This document shows, one piece after another, positions 1 to 8,404 of a stretch of 15,175 nucleotides of DNA. The first letter of the stretch is position 1; every line of letters begins with the position of its first letter. The position numbers and the translations under genes are program-made. This DNA comes from Gemmatimonas sp. (GTDB lineage: Bacteria; Gemmatimonadota; Gemmatimonadetes; Gemmatimonadales; Gemmatimonadaceae). A model generated the notes under the pieces. The model saw nothing but the letters and a program-made list of their open reading frames with translations. It did not search any database and had not been told where the DNA came from. The stretch lies in assembly GCA_031414535.1 (NCBI GenBank), contig JANNVQ010000056.1:1-15175 (forward strand), written 5' to 3'.

Positions 1-298
1 GATCCACCGCGAGTGCGGACCCTGCGGGCACGCGCGCCAGGTCTGCGGCTTCGAGCACCAAGCTACCGAGTGCGCGCATCTCGGCTTTGAGCAAACCGTG
101 CGCGTTGCTGGTCTCGGTGCTCTTGAACGTGTTGGAGCACACGAGCTCCGCGAGCCGATCCGTCTTGTGCGCGGCCGTGGAGCGCACGCCCCGCATCTCG
201 TGCAAGTGCACGGCGTGCCCGCGCTCCGCCAACTGAAAAGCGGCCTCGCTCCCAGCGTGGCCGCCTCCCACCACGTGAACCACTGGAAAATCTGTCAC
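1..298 (-). CDS. trmFO: FAD/folate-dependent tRNA (uracil-54-C5)-methyltransferase TrmFO (Gid); 5' part, runs off the window
   Basis: Not in the ORF track. My translation from GTG at 298 gives [60 protein letters not shown]...[33 protein letters not shown]: a Rossmann GxGxxG plus the TrmFO-type EMR, AELVCSN, GLLKxEM and VPAGxALAVD motifs. The start overlaps the topA stop (GTGA), and topA-trmFO adjacency is common. Confidence 0.95.
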   Translation of the reverse strand, partial: MTDFPVVHVVGGGHAGSEAAFQLAERGHAVHLHEMRGVRSTAAHKTDRLAELVCSNTFKSTETSNAHGLLKAEMRALGSLVLEAADLARVPAGSALAVD

Positions 299-2760
299 GC
301 TGGCACTGCCTCCGCGCCTTCCGTCCCCTCGGCTACCTCGATGTCCCACTCGTTGGCGCACTTCAGGCACTTTCGGTAGTGCCCACGCGTCTTGTTGCTC
401 TTGGATTCCGCGCCAACAAATCCGCACTCGTTGCACTTCTCTGCCACCGGCTTGTCCCAGCAGACAAAGTCGCAGTTGGGATAGTTCTCGCAGCCGTAGA
501 ACGCCTTGCCCCGCTTCTTCGAACGACGCGCGGCAATGTCACCGCCGTCCTTCGGGCAGAGGACACCCGTCGGCATGGACTTGGTGCCCCTACACTTGGG
601 GAAGGTCGAGCAGCCCAAGAACTCACCCGAGCGCGAGCGACGCACCACCATCGGCTCTCCGCAGAGCGGACAAGCGTACTTCGTCATCACCGGCGGTTCC
701 TTCTTCCCCTTCAAAGGCCGCGTGAACTTGCAGGTCTTGGGATGGTTCTCACAGGCCACAAAGGGACCAAAGAATCCACCCTTCGGGAGCAAGCGACCAC
801 CGCAATCTGGGCAACGCTCGTTCTCGAGCGCCGAGAGATCATGGGCCTCGCGAATCAGCGCCTCGGCGTCCACGGACGCAAGTGAGGTCTCGAAGGGCGT
901 CCAGAACTCCTTGAGCACGGCCTTCCAGCCCATCGTGCCGTCCTCAACCTTGTCGAGTTCACCTTCCATCATCGCGGTGAAGCCGATGTCGAACTCGCGG
1001 GGGAACTGCTTGATCATCACCTTCTCCACGCTCTCGCCAAGCGGCGTGGGGAAGAAGCGGCGCTGCTGCAACTCCGCGTAGTGCCGTTCTGTGAGTGTGG
1101 AGATGATGCTGGCATAGGTGGACGGACGGCCGATGCCGCGCTTTTCGAGCTCCTTCACCAACGACGCTTCGGAATACCGTGGGGGCGGCTCGGTGAAGTG
1201 CTGCGACGGGTCAACACTGCGAACCGGCGCGCGCTCACCGGGCTCGATGGCGGGCAGTGCCTGCTCGTCTTCGAGAGCCTTGGAGTCGCCTTCCTCGCGC
1301 GCTTCTTTGTAGAGCACGAGGAAGCCGTTGAACTTGATGACCGAGCCCGTGGCGCGGAACAAGTAACGCCCGAGATCGAAATCCACCGTGGTGGTATCGA
1401 ACACAGCCGGCGCCATCTGCGAGGCCATGAAGCGCTGCCAGATGAGCGTGTACAGCTTGAGCTGCTCGGGCGAGAGATACTTGGCCACGGCATCCGGCGT
1501 CCGCGTGGGATCCGTGGGACGGATACCCTCGTGCGCGCCCTGCCCCGCATCGTCCTTGCCGGCGGGATACAGACGCGGACCGTCGGCGAGGTACTCCTTG
1601 GCGTACAGCTGACTGAGGTAATCGCGGGCCGCCGCGGCTGCGGCTTCCGATACACGCACGTGATCCGTGCGCATGTACGTGATGAGGCCCACGGCGCCTT
1701 CGCTCTTTCCCAGCTCCACGCCTTCGTACAGGTTCTGGGCCAAGCGCATCGTACGCTTGGAGCCGAAGCCAAGCTTCTTCGCCGCTTCCTGCTGCAGCGT
1801 ACTCGTCTTGAACGGCGCCTCAGGATTCTTACGACGCTCACGACGCTTGATGTCGGTGACGTCGAAGTGCTTGCGGCCAGCGAGGTCCTTGAGGATGACG
1901 TCGGCCGAGGCCTTGTTCGGAATCTCCGGCTTTTCGCCGTCGAGATGATGCAGCTTGGCGACGAACTCTTGACCTTCGTGCTCAAGGCGCGCCGCAATGG
2001 TCCAGTACTCGCGTGGGACGAAGGCGCGAATTTCACGTTCGCGCTCCACTAGCAAGCGCAACGCCACGGTCTGCACGCGACCGGCGGAGAGCCCCTTCTT
2101 CACCGTCTTCCAGAGTACTGGGCTCGCCTTGTAACCCACGAGGCGGTCGAGCACACGGCGCGCTTGCTGCGCGTCCACCTTCTTGCTGTCAATGTCGCGC
2201 GCTTCGCCGAGTGCCTTGGTGACCGCGTCCTTAGTGATTTCATAGAAGAGCGCGCGCTTGATGGGCGCCGTGGTCTTCTTAATCTGCGATTCCACATGCC
2301 AGGCAATCGCCTCACCCTCGCGGTCAGGGTCGGTGGCGATGAACACGGCCTTCGCCGTCTTGGCCGCGCTCTTGAGCTCGGCGACCGTCTTTTCCTTGCC
2401 CGGAATGGTGACGTACTCCGGCTCGAACCCGTGCTCGGTGTCAATGCCGATGCTCTTCACCGGAAGGTCGCGGATGTGACCCACGGTTGCCTTGACGGCG
2501 TAGGCGGAGCCCAAATACTTGCCGATCGTCTTCGCCTTGGCCGGCGACTCGACGATGACCAACGACTTACCGGCGGCTGAGCGCGCGGCTTCCTCGTCGT
2601 GAGGAAGCTCGGGCTCAACAGCCTTCTTACGCGGCTTCGGCGCGGCCTTCTTGGCCGCGGTCTTGGCCGCGGTCTTGGCCGCGGTCTTCGGAGCAGTCTT
2701 GGTCGCGGCTGCCTTCTTTGCGGGCGCCTTCTTCGCGGCGGTCTTCTTTGTAGTGGCCAT
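295..2760 (-). CDS. topA: DNA topoisomerase I (type IA) with C-terminal zinc ribbons and an N-terminal Lys/Ala-rich extension
   Basis: TOPRIM motifs [19 protein letters not shown] and [17 protein letters not shown]; catalytic Tyr in [17 protein letters not shown]; four C-terminal Cys clusters (CPDC, CPLC, CPKD, CNEC/CLKC). ATG at 2760 preferred over the adjacent GTG at 2763. Confidence 0.97.
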   Translation of the reverse strand: MATTKKTAAKKAPAKKAAATKTAPKTAAKTAAKTAAKKAAPKPRKKAVEPELPHDEEAARSAAGKSLVIVESPAKAKTIGKYLGSAYAVKATVGHIRDLPVKSIGIDTEHGFEPEYVTIPGKEKTVAELKSAAKTAKAVFIATDPDREGEAIAWHVESQIKKTTAPIKRALFYEITKDAVTKALGEARDIDSKKVDAQQARRVLDRLVGYKASPVLWKTVKKGLSAGRVQTVALRLLVEREREIRAFVPREYWTIAARLEHEGQEFVAKLHHLDGEKPEIPNKASADVILKDLAGRKHFDVTDIKRRERRKNPEAPFKTSTLQQEAAKKLGFGSKRTMRLAQNLYEGVELGKSEGAVGLITYMRTDHVRVSEAAAAAARDYLSQLYAKEYLADGPRLYPAGKDDAGQGAHEGIRPTDPTRTPDAVAKYLSPEQLKLYTLIWQRFMASQMAPAVFDTTTVDFDLGRYLFRATGSVIKFNGFLVLYKEAREEGDSKALEDEQALPAIEPGERAPVRSVDPSQHFTEPPPRYSEASLVKELEKRGIGRPSTYASIISTLTERHYAELQQRRFFPTPLGESVEKVMIKQFPREFDIGFTAMMEGELDKVEDGTMGWKAVLKEFWTPFETSLASVDAEALIREAHDLSALENERCPDCGGRLLPKGGFFGPFVACENHPKTCKFTRPLKGKKEPPVMTKYACPLCGEPMVVRRSRSGEFLGCSTFPKCRGTKSMPTGVLCPKDGGDIAARRSKKRGKAFYGCENYPNCDFVCWDKPVAEKCNECGFVGAESKSNKTRGHYRKCLKCANEWDIEVAEGTEGAEAVPA
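2649..2688. repeat. 12-bp tandem repeat (TCTTGGCCGCGG, about 3.3 copies) encoding KTAA repeats in the TopA N-terminal tail
   Basis: Perfect copies at 2649-2660, 2661-2672 and 2673-2684, plus a partial TCTT; in frame within topA. Confidence 0.9.
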
Positions 2761-2795
2761 CACTCTTGGGTAGCGGACGGAACAGGGTGGTCATC

Positions 2796-3341
2796 CTAGT
2801 CCCCGATTCCGCCGGAAGCAAGCGCAACTATATAAGAGGCCGCCTCGTCCACAGAAAGCAAACTGACGCTAAGTATATGCTGTGATTGAAGATACAACTG
2901 CTCCCGGCGCTCTAGGAGTTCTCGGAGCTTTTTCTGAGAATCGCCCCCGGCGAGCAGGGGGCGGTCTCCCCCGGCAGAGCCCAGTCGAGCCGCCGCGACC
3001 TCGAGACTGACCTGCAAATACACGAACAGGGACCTAGCTCGAAACTCATCCACCAGCTCGCCCAGCTCGACCCAACCTCCCCCCGGAGCGATGATCAGAC
3101 GGGACCGCCCAAGCCACTCCAACGACACAGCGCGCTCCAGCTTCCGGAACGCGGCTTCGCCCTGCCGCGCAAAGATTTCAGGGATGCTGCGGCCCGTGCG
3201 CCGTTCAATTTCGGCGTCCATATCCACAAAATCCCAAGCGCTTCCGGACTCCATCAGTAAGTCCCTCGCCCGTCGGCCCACCGTGCTCTTCCCTGCACCC
3301 GGTAGTCCCACGAGGACAATGCGCTCGGGGCCCGTGCTCAC
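2796..3341 (-). CDS. aroK: Shikimate kinase
   Basis: P-loop GLPGAGKSTVG, FVDMD, SIPEIFARQGEAAFRKLE, GGG motif, RPLL lid, ERRxxLY; GTGA overlap with the aroC stop. Confidence 0.95.
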   Translation of the reverse strand: MSTGPERIVLVGLPGAGKSTVGRRARDLLMESGSAWDFVDMDAEIERRTGRSIPEIFARQGEAAFRKLERAVSLEWLGRSRLIIAPGGGWVELGELVDEFRARSLFVYLQVSLEVAAARLGSAGGDRPLLAGGDSQKKLRELLERREQLYLQSQHILSVSLLSVDEAASYIVALASGGIGD

Positions 3342-4537
3342 CCGAGCCGCTCAGCGACGCGCGCGAGGTAGCCCTCGTAATTGCGCTTCAGCTCGCCCAG
3401 CGAGTCCCCGCCGAACTTTTCCATCACCGCGTCGGCGAGCACGAGGGCGGTCATTGCCTCGGCGATCACACCCATCGCGGGCACGGCGGTCACGTCACTA
3501 CGCTCCGCCGCGGCCGCAGCACTCTCGCCGGTCTTCACGTCCACCGTCTGCAAGGGACGCATCAGGGTGGAGATGGGCTTCATCGCCACACGCAGCACGA
3601 GTGGCTCACCGCTGGTCATCCCACCTTCAAGACCACCGGCGCGATTCGTCCTGCGACGCACGTTGCCCGTACGAGGATTGCCGGGCGCTGCCTCAATCTC
3701 GTCGTGCACTTCGGCGCCCGTGCGGCGCGCCGCTTCAAATCCCATACCCATCTCCACGCCCTTCACGGCGGGAATCGAACAGATGGCCGCCGCCAAGCGA
3801 CCATCCAGCTTACGATCCCAACTCACGTGCGCACCTAAGCCCACCGGCAACCCGGTCACCACGACCTCACAGATGCCCCCTAGCGTGTTGCCTTCGCTTT
3901 TGGCGGCATCGATGCGCTTGATCATCGCTTGCTCGGCCTTGGGGTCCAGGCAGCGCAGCGCCGAGGCATCGGCGATGGCGTTGATGTCCTCTGGCAGCAC
4001 CGCGGGCGGTGCCGCATCTACGCCGCCGAGATGTACGAGATGGCTCCCGATGCGCACACCCAACTGGGCAAGGAGTTGCCGCGCCACGGCCCCGGCGGCC
4101 ACGCGAGCCGTCGTCTCACGCGCCGAGGCGCGCTCGAGAATGTCGCGCGCGTCTTCACGATCGAACTTGAGGAGGCCCGTCAGGTCCGCGTGGCCAGGCC
4201 GCACGCGCGTCACCTGCCGTCGCCGGCCCTCGGGTGAATCATCCTCCGGTCGCGGCGCCGGATCCATGATTGCTTCCCAGTTGGCCCAATCCTTGTTGCG
4301 CACCATCATCGCGATCGGAGCCCCGATGGTCTCGCCGGCGCGCACGCCCGCGAGGAACTCCACCTGGTCAGTCTCAATCGCCATGCGACGACCGCGGCCA
4401 TAGCCCTGCTGACGCCGTGCCAATTGCTCGTTTATGTGCGCAGCGAGCAAGGGCAGGCCAGCGGGCGCGCCTTCTACGAGCGCGATGAGAGCGGGGCCGT
4501 GGGATTCGCCGGCGGTGGAGAAAGTCAGACGTGGCAT
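3338..4537 (-). CDS. aroC: Chorismate synthase
   Basis: TAGESHG, RRQQGYGRGRRM, RPGHAD, ERASARETTARVAAG, IPAVKGVE, NRAGGLEGGMT, MKPISTL and ERSD signatures. Confidence 0.98.
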   Translation of the reverse strand: MPRLTFSTAGESHGPALIALVEGAPAGLPLLAAHINEQLARRQQGYGRGRRMAIETDQVEFLAGVRAGETIGAPIAMMVRNKDWANWEAIMDPAPRPEDDSPEGRRRQVTRVRPGHADLTGLLKFDREDARDILERASARETTARVAAGAVARQLLAQLGVRIGSHLVHLGGVDAAPPAVLPEDINAIADASALRCLDPKAEQAMIKRIDAAKSEGNTLGGICEVVVTGLPVGLGAHVSWDRKLDGRLAAAICSIPAVKGVEMGMGFEAARRTGAEVHDEIEAAPGNPRTGNVRRRTNRAGGLEGGMTSGEPLVLRVAMKPISTLMRPLQTVDVKTGESAAAAAERSDVTAVPAMGVIAEAMTALVLADAVMEKFGGDSLGELKRNYEGYLARVAERLG

Positions 4538-4545
4538 TTGAAATG

Positions 4546-4610
4546 GACGGATGACGGATGACGGATGCTAAAGGACGACGACGTTCGGCTTCCGTCTTCC
4601 GTCCTCCGTC
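4546..4610. repeat. Inverted heptamer tandem-repeat element: (GACGGAT)x3, spacer, (YTCCGTC)x3
   Basis: GACGGAT at 4546, 4553 and 4560; the reverse-complement core TCCGTC at 4591, 4598 and 4605 with the same 7-nt period. The arms can form a hairpin with a mismatch every 7th base. Confidence 0.85.
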
Positions 4611-4618
4611 GGCGCAGC

Positions 4619-4653
4619 AAAAAGGGCCGCCCCGCAATATCGCGAGACGGCCC
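4619..4653 (-). terminator. Rho-independent terminator after pilQ
   Basis: Minus strand GGGCCGTCTCGC-GATATT-GCGGGGCGGCCC-TTTTT: 12-bp stem with two G-U wobbles that pair only in the minus-strand RNA, a U-tract, and a position about 26 nt past the pilQ stop. Confidence 0.85.
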
Positions 4654-4679
4654 CTCAACCTGCTACGGTTGTTCGGACT

Positions 4680-6617
4680 TTACGGGCGGCGCGGCGTGGT
4701 GCTCCGCGTCGCCTCGCCTTCGTCCACGATGTGCGGCGTGACGAGAATCAGCAGATCTTGCTTACGCTCCACCACACGGGTTTCGCGGAAGAGGCGGCCA
4801 ATCCACGGCAGCTTCATCAGGTATGGGATACCGCTCTCGAAGCGCGACACCTGCGTCTGCGTGAGGCCGGCGATCACCGCCGTCTCACCGTCACCCACAA
4901 GCACCTCATTCTGCGACTGGCGCTCAGAGATTTCCGGGCCGGCCACCGTCACACCGAGCAAGGACTGCTGCACCGCGCGAATCTCCATCGAGACCTGGCG
5001 GTTGGCCGTGACGCGGGGAGTGACCTCGAGCGTGATACCAATCTTCTGGCGCTGAATGACCGGAGCGGCGTTCGAGAGCTGGCCGGGAATCGTCGGTGGC
5101 GTCAGCAGGAACGCGATTTCCGTACCGGCAAACAGCGTGGCCTTTCGGTTATCAATCGTCGTCGTGCTGGGCTCGGCCTGCACGTCCGACAGGTTCCGAG
5201 AGCTGAGCGCATCGAGGAACACGGCGAGGTTATTCCCGCCCATCACGATGTTGTAGATCAGCTGCAGGGAGCTTGTCTGGGCGAAAGAACGGTTGGCATT
5301 TGCCACGCCGTTGAACGAGGTGCCGCCCACGTCAATCTGGAAGTCGGTGGCCGTACGCGGAACCAGCGAATTGTTGAAGCTGCTGGCGGAGCCGAAGTCG
5401 TAGCTAATGCCGAGTTCTTCCGTCGCCGTGCGGTCCACGGCGATGATCTTGGCCTTAATGGCAACTTGCGGCGTGCGGAAATCGAGATCATGCACGTAGC
5501 TCACAATCTCTGGCAAGCGCGACACCGTCTCCGTGATGAGGAGCGTGTTGGTCTTTTCGTCGAAGGTCACCACGCCACGGCCGCAGGTCTGCGGTTGTGC
5601 CGGGTTGCTTGAGCCTGAGGCGGCCGCCGGAGCCGCCGCGTCAACCGGCGCCGCGCCAGCACCTGCGGCCACGTCCACCACGGAGGACGCAGAGCCGACC
5701 GAGCCCGAGGAGCAGGCGGCGATGAGCTCGCGAATCGTAGTGGCCAAGGCGGCAGCCCTCGCGTAGTTCACCGGCACAAGCTCGGTTACCAGCGGCTCGG
5801 CGGCCACTCGGGCCGCAAGGTTGGTGTAGCTGTCGATCGTGATGATGCCGGTGGAATCCTCAACAGCTTGGAGGCCGTTGGCCGACAGCACCTTGGACAG
5901 TGCGACGTCCCAAGGCTGATTCACGATTTCCGTAAACCGCACGGTGCCCGTGACGCCCTGTCCCGTAATGAAGGTGCGGCCAGAGAATGCCGAGAAGTGC
6001 GCGAGCACATCAAAAATGCTCTCGTTGGCAATGGTGATGCTGATGCGCGGCTGCTCACTGCGCTGCGTAGACAGTGCGACCACTGGCGCAGGCTCAAAGC
6101 GCGGCGCGCGCTCCACCTCACGCACGTTCTCGCGCAGGACCCGCTCTTGTGGCACCGCGCGCGCGGCAACGGCACCAGCGGACCAAGGGGCGAAGTCATC
6201 GCCGCCGCGGACGCTGATGCGCACCGTGTTGGCCTCGCGAGTGACCTCGTACTGACGTGGACCATCCACGTCGAGCACTAAGCGCACCACGTCGGCGTCG
6301 TACTGGCCGAGTCGCACGTTCCGGATGCCCGCGCGAGCCACGCGATCATACGTCGGCGCGCGCAGATCGAGGCGCGCTCCACGCAGGTCAATGACGATGC
6401 GCTGCGGATTCTCGAGCACGAAGTCCGAGACCTCGAGCTCACCCGCGAAGGAGAGCACCACGTCCGCGCGACCAGCGCCCGGAACGACCATCACAGCGGT
6501 CACCGTCGCGGTGGCCTCTATGGCGAGGGTGCGAGCGGCCGGAGCCGCCTCGGCCGCCGGAGCGCCGAACAGGAGTACGCTGGCAACAATCGGGGCCAGC
6601 ATCTTGATTCGCTTCAT
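4680..6617 (-). CDS. pilQ: Type IV pilus secretin PilQ (signal peptide, AMIN domain, periplasmic N domains, secretin domain)
   Basis: AMIN-like NPQRIVIDL...VRLVLDV; PWDVAL; VNYARA; DEKTNTLLI; PQVAIKAKI; GITLEVTPRV; VGDGETAVIAGL; GIPYLMKLPWIGRLFR...LLILVTPHIV. GGAGG ribosome-binding site; ATGA overlap with the upstream gene. Confidence 0.95.
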   Translation of the reverse strand: MKRIKMLAPIVASVLLFGAPAAEAAPAARTLAIEATATVTAVMVVPGAGRADVVLSFAGELEVSDFVLENPQRIVIDLRGARLDLRAPTYDRVARAGIRNVRLGQYDADVVRLVLDVDGPRQYEVTREANTVRISVRGGDDFAPWSAGAVAARAVPQERVLRENVREVERAPRFEPAPVVALSTQRSEQPRISITIANESIFDVLAHFSAFSGRTFITGQGVTGTVRFTEIVNQPWDVALSKVLSANGLQAVEDSTGIITIDSYTNLAARVAAEPLVTELVPVNYARAAALATTIRELIAACSSGSVGSASSVVDVAAGAGAAPVDAAAPAAASGSSNPAQPQTCGRGVVTFDEKTNTLLITETVSRLPEIVSYVHDLDFRTPQVAIKAKIIAVDRTATEELGISYDFGSASSFNNSLVPRTATDFQIDVGGTSFNGVANANRSFAQTSSLQLIYNIVMGGNNLAVFLDALSSRNLSDVQAEPSTTTIDNRKATLFAGTEIAFLLTPPTIPGQLSNAAPVIQRQKIGITLEVTPRVTANRQVSMEIRAVQQSLLGVTVAGPEISERQSQNEVLVGDGETAVIAGLTQTQVSRFESGIPYLMKLPWIGRLFRETRVVERKQDLLILVTPHIVDEGEATRSTTPRRP

Positions 6618-7090
6618 GGCCTTCTTCCTCCACCTGCGGGAACGATGATAGACAAGGTTTCCTGCCGCTTGTAACCGAATTCGTCAATCTCCACCACAAT
6701 GTCACGCTGGCGAATCGACGTCACACGCATGCGTCCGAAGACGGACCCGACACGCACACGGTAGATCTCATCGGACGAACGATCCTTCAGCGTGGCAATC
6801 GATTGGCGATCCGACTGCCCCACCGTGATGGCGACGATCTGCAAGTCGGCAATCATCGGCCGGATGTCGCCCGACTCAATCAGCGACGAGAAGGGATCGC
6901 GACGCGACGCCGCTGGGTAGTTGTAAACCTCGCGGCGGAAGACCACGTTGCCGGACGAATCACGTTCCACCCCGGTCGTGGGCACTTCCGGCGGCGGACC
7001 GGCCGGACGCGCTTCCTGCGCCGCTGCGGACGCTGATGCGGTCACCGCAAGCGTCACGAGCGTAATGCCAGAGAGAATACGCCTCAGCAT
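6614..7090 (-). CDS. pilP: PilP-like type IV pilus assembly protein (158 aa)
   Basis: The real gene is the C-terminal part of track ORF 6614..8044, starting at ATG 7090 (TGATG overlap with the pilO stop). It has a signal peptide, Y-x5-RDPF motif and beta-rich domain (IYRVRVGSVFGRMRVTSIRQRDIVV), and lies between pilO and pilQ. Confidence 0.8.
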   Translation of the reverse strand: MLRRILSGITLVTLAVTASASAAAQEARPAGPPPEVPTTGVERDSSGNVVFRREVYNYPAASRRDPFSSLIESGDIRPMIADLQIVAITVGQSDRQSIATLKDRSSDEIYRVRVGSVFGRMRVTSIRQRDIVVEIDEFGYKRQETLSIIVPAGGGRRP

Positions 7091-7692
7091 CAGTTGGTCC
7101 CCTTCGGCGGTGCCGCGCGGACGACGTACGTCTGGATGTCGAAGTTGGCGTTCAAGATTTGCTCGCCAGGCGCGACGCGCAGCGCACTGCTGCCGGTCGG
7201 AGCGGGCGTCAAGCTCACATTCACCGGCGCAATGATGCGGCGTAGTGAACCGATGGCCGTGAGCAACTCGCCGATCTGATGGTAGGTGCCGTTGAACGCG
7301 AGGCGGTAGCGGTAGGTATCGAAGACCTCGCCCTCTACCACCGCGCCAGGCACGAACGATTCCTGCTCGAGACCCACGCGACGCGCCGCGCCAAGAATCT
7401 GATCGAGCAATGCCGGCACCTCGTTGCCCGCCGGGATGAGCGTGCGGATCAAATCGAGGTTGTCCTGCAACCGCTTCGATTCCGCCTGCATCTGCTCCAC
7501 CGTACCGCGGGCGAGCAAGGACTTGGCGCGATTGTTCGACGCATCGAGCTTCTCCACACGCGCTTCCTGCGTGAGGATAGTCTCGGCTTTGGGCGTGTAC
7601 ACGAGATACCAGTACGCCGCCGCACCCACAATGCCGATGATACCCACACCGAGCATGAGCTGATCGCGCTGGTTGGTCGGGAGTCCGGCCAT
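7090..7692 (-). CDS. pilO: Type IV pilus assembly protein PilO
   Basis: N-terminal TM helix, coiled coil, LIPAGNEVPALLDQI and GTYHQIGELL...LRRII PilO-type motifs; operon position. Confidence 0.9.
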   Translation of the reverse strand: MAGLPTNQRDQLMLGVGIIGIVGAAAYWYLVYTPKAETILTQEARVEKLDASNNRAKSLLARGTVEQMQAESKRLQDNLDLIRTLIPAGNEVPALLDQILGAARRVGLEQESFVPGAVVEGEVFDTYRYRLAFNGTYHQIGELLTAIGSLRRIIAPVNVSLTPAPTGSSALRVAPGEQILNANFDIQTYVVRAAPPKGTN

Positions 7693-7695
7693 GGG

Positions 7696-8388
7696 TTACC
7701 TCACCGCGAGCGAAAGGGGAACCCGACGAACCGCCGTGGAATCCGGCGTCTGGTACTGCAGGTCGAGCTGGAACGAGTGCACGTCCTTCCCTCCCACCTG
7801 CGCCGACTCCGACAGCGTCAGCACGATGTTCTGCAGGAACGGCGATGCCTCGAGATTCTTCATATAGATGGTCACAGCCTGGAGATCCACCGTGTAGGCC
7901 ATGATGCGAATGGTGATGACGGGTGGCCCGGCAGCGGCCACCGCTTCCGGAGAGGCTGCCGCCGTCGTGCCCGACTGCTGCACTTGGCGCAGCCAGGTGT
8001 ACGTGGGCAGCGCCCGCGCCACTTCGTCCATGATGTGCGGCCACACGAAGCGGTCCCCATCAATGGCCGAGATCACGGCGATCTGCCGCAGGATAGAATC
8101 GCGCTGCGCTTCGGCTGCGGCACGCTGCGACAATACCGAGGCGTACCGAGTGGAGTCTTGCACGGCGACGCGCTCATGTTCGGCGAGCTCCGCAGTCTTG
8201 GCATTCTGCGACCACCACATAAAACCAACGCCGGAGAGACCGATAACGACGCCAGCCACCGCCATCACGAGCCAAGGGTCCTTGAAGCGTCCACGGAGCT
8301 GCTCGAGGAGTGCGCCCATATCAACGGACGCACCCTTCGACGAGCCCTTCTTTTTGCGGGCGCCTGGGAGAAGATTGATTTCAATCAT
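7696..8388 (-). CDS. pilN: Type IV pilus assembly protein PilN
   Basis: N-terminal IEINLLP PilM-binding motif, single TM, coiled coil, WPHIMDEVARALPTYTWL, NLEASPFLQNI. Confidence 0.92.
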   Translation of the reverse strand: MIEINLLPGARKKKGSSKGASVDMGALLEQLRGRFKDPWLVMAVAGVVIGLSGVGFMWWSQNAKTAELAEHERVAVQDSTRYASVLSQRAAAEAQRDSILRQIAVISAIDGDRFVWPHIMDEVARALPTYTWLRQVQQSGTTAAASPEAVAAAGPPVITIRIMAYTVDLQAVTIYMKNLEASPFLQNIVLTLSESAQVGGKDVHSFQLDLQYQTPDSTAVRRVPLSLAVR

Positions 8389-8404
8389 CGAATCGTCCGG
8401 ACGG

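Noticed and set aside
4546..4610. Repeat region considered as a mini-CRISPR or tRNA/ncRNA gene
   Set aside because: Units are 7 nt and contiguous with no unique spacers, no cas genes are nearby, and there is no cloverleaf or recognisable riboswitch core.
7091..8044. N-terminal 318 aa of the 476-aa track ORF 6614..8044 (possible long fusion or overlapping gene)
   Set aside because: It overlaps pilO and pilN on the same strand in another frame and has the Arg/Gly/His-rich composition of a GC-rich shadow frame; only the part from ATG 7090 looks like a protein.
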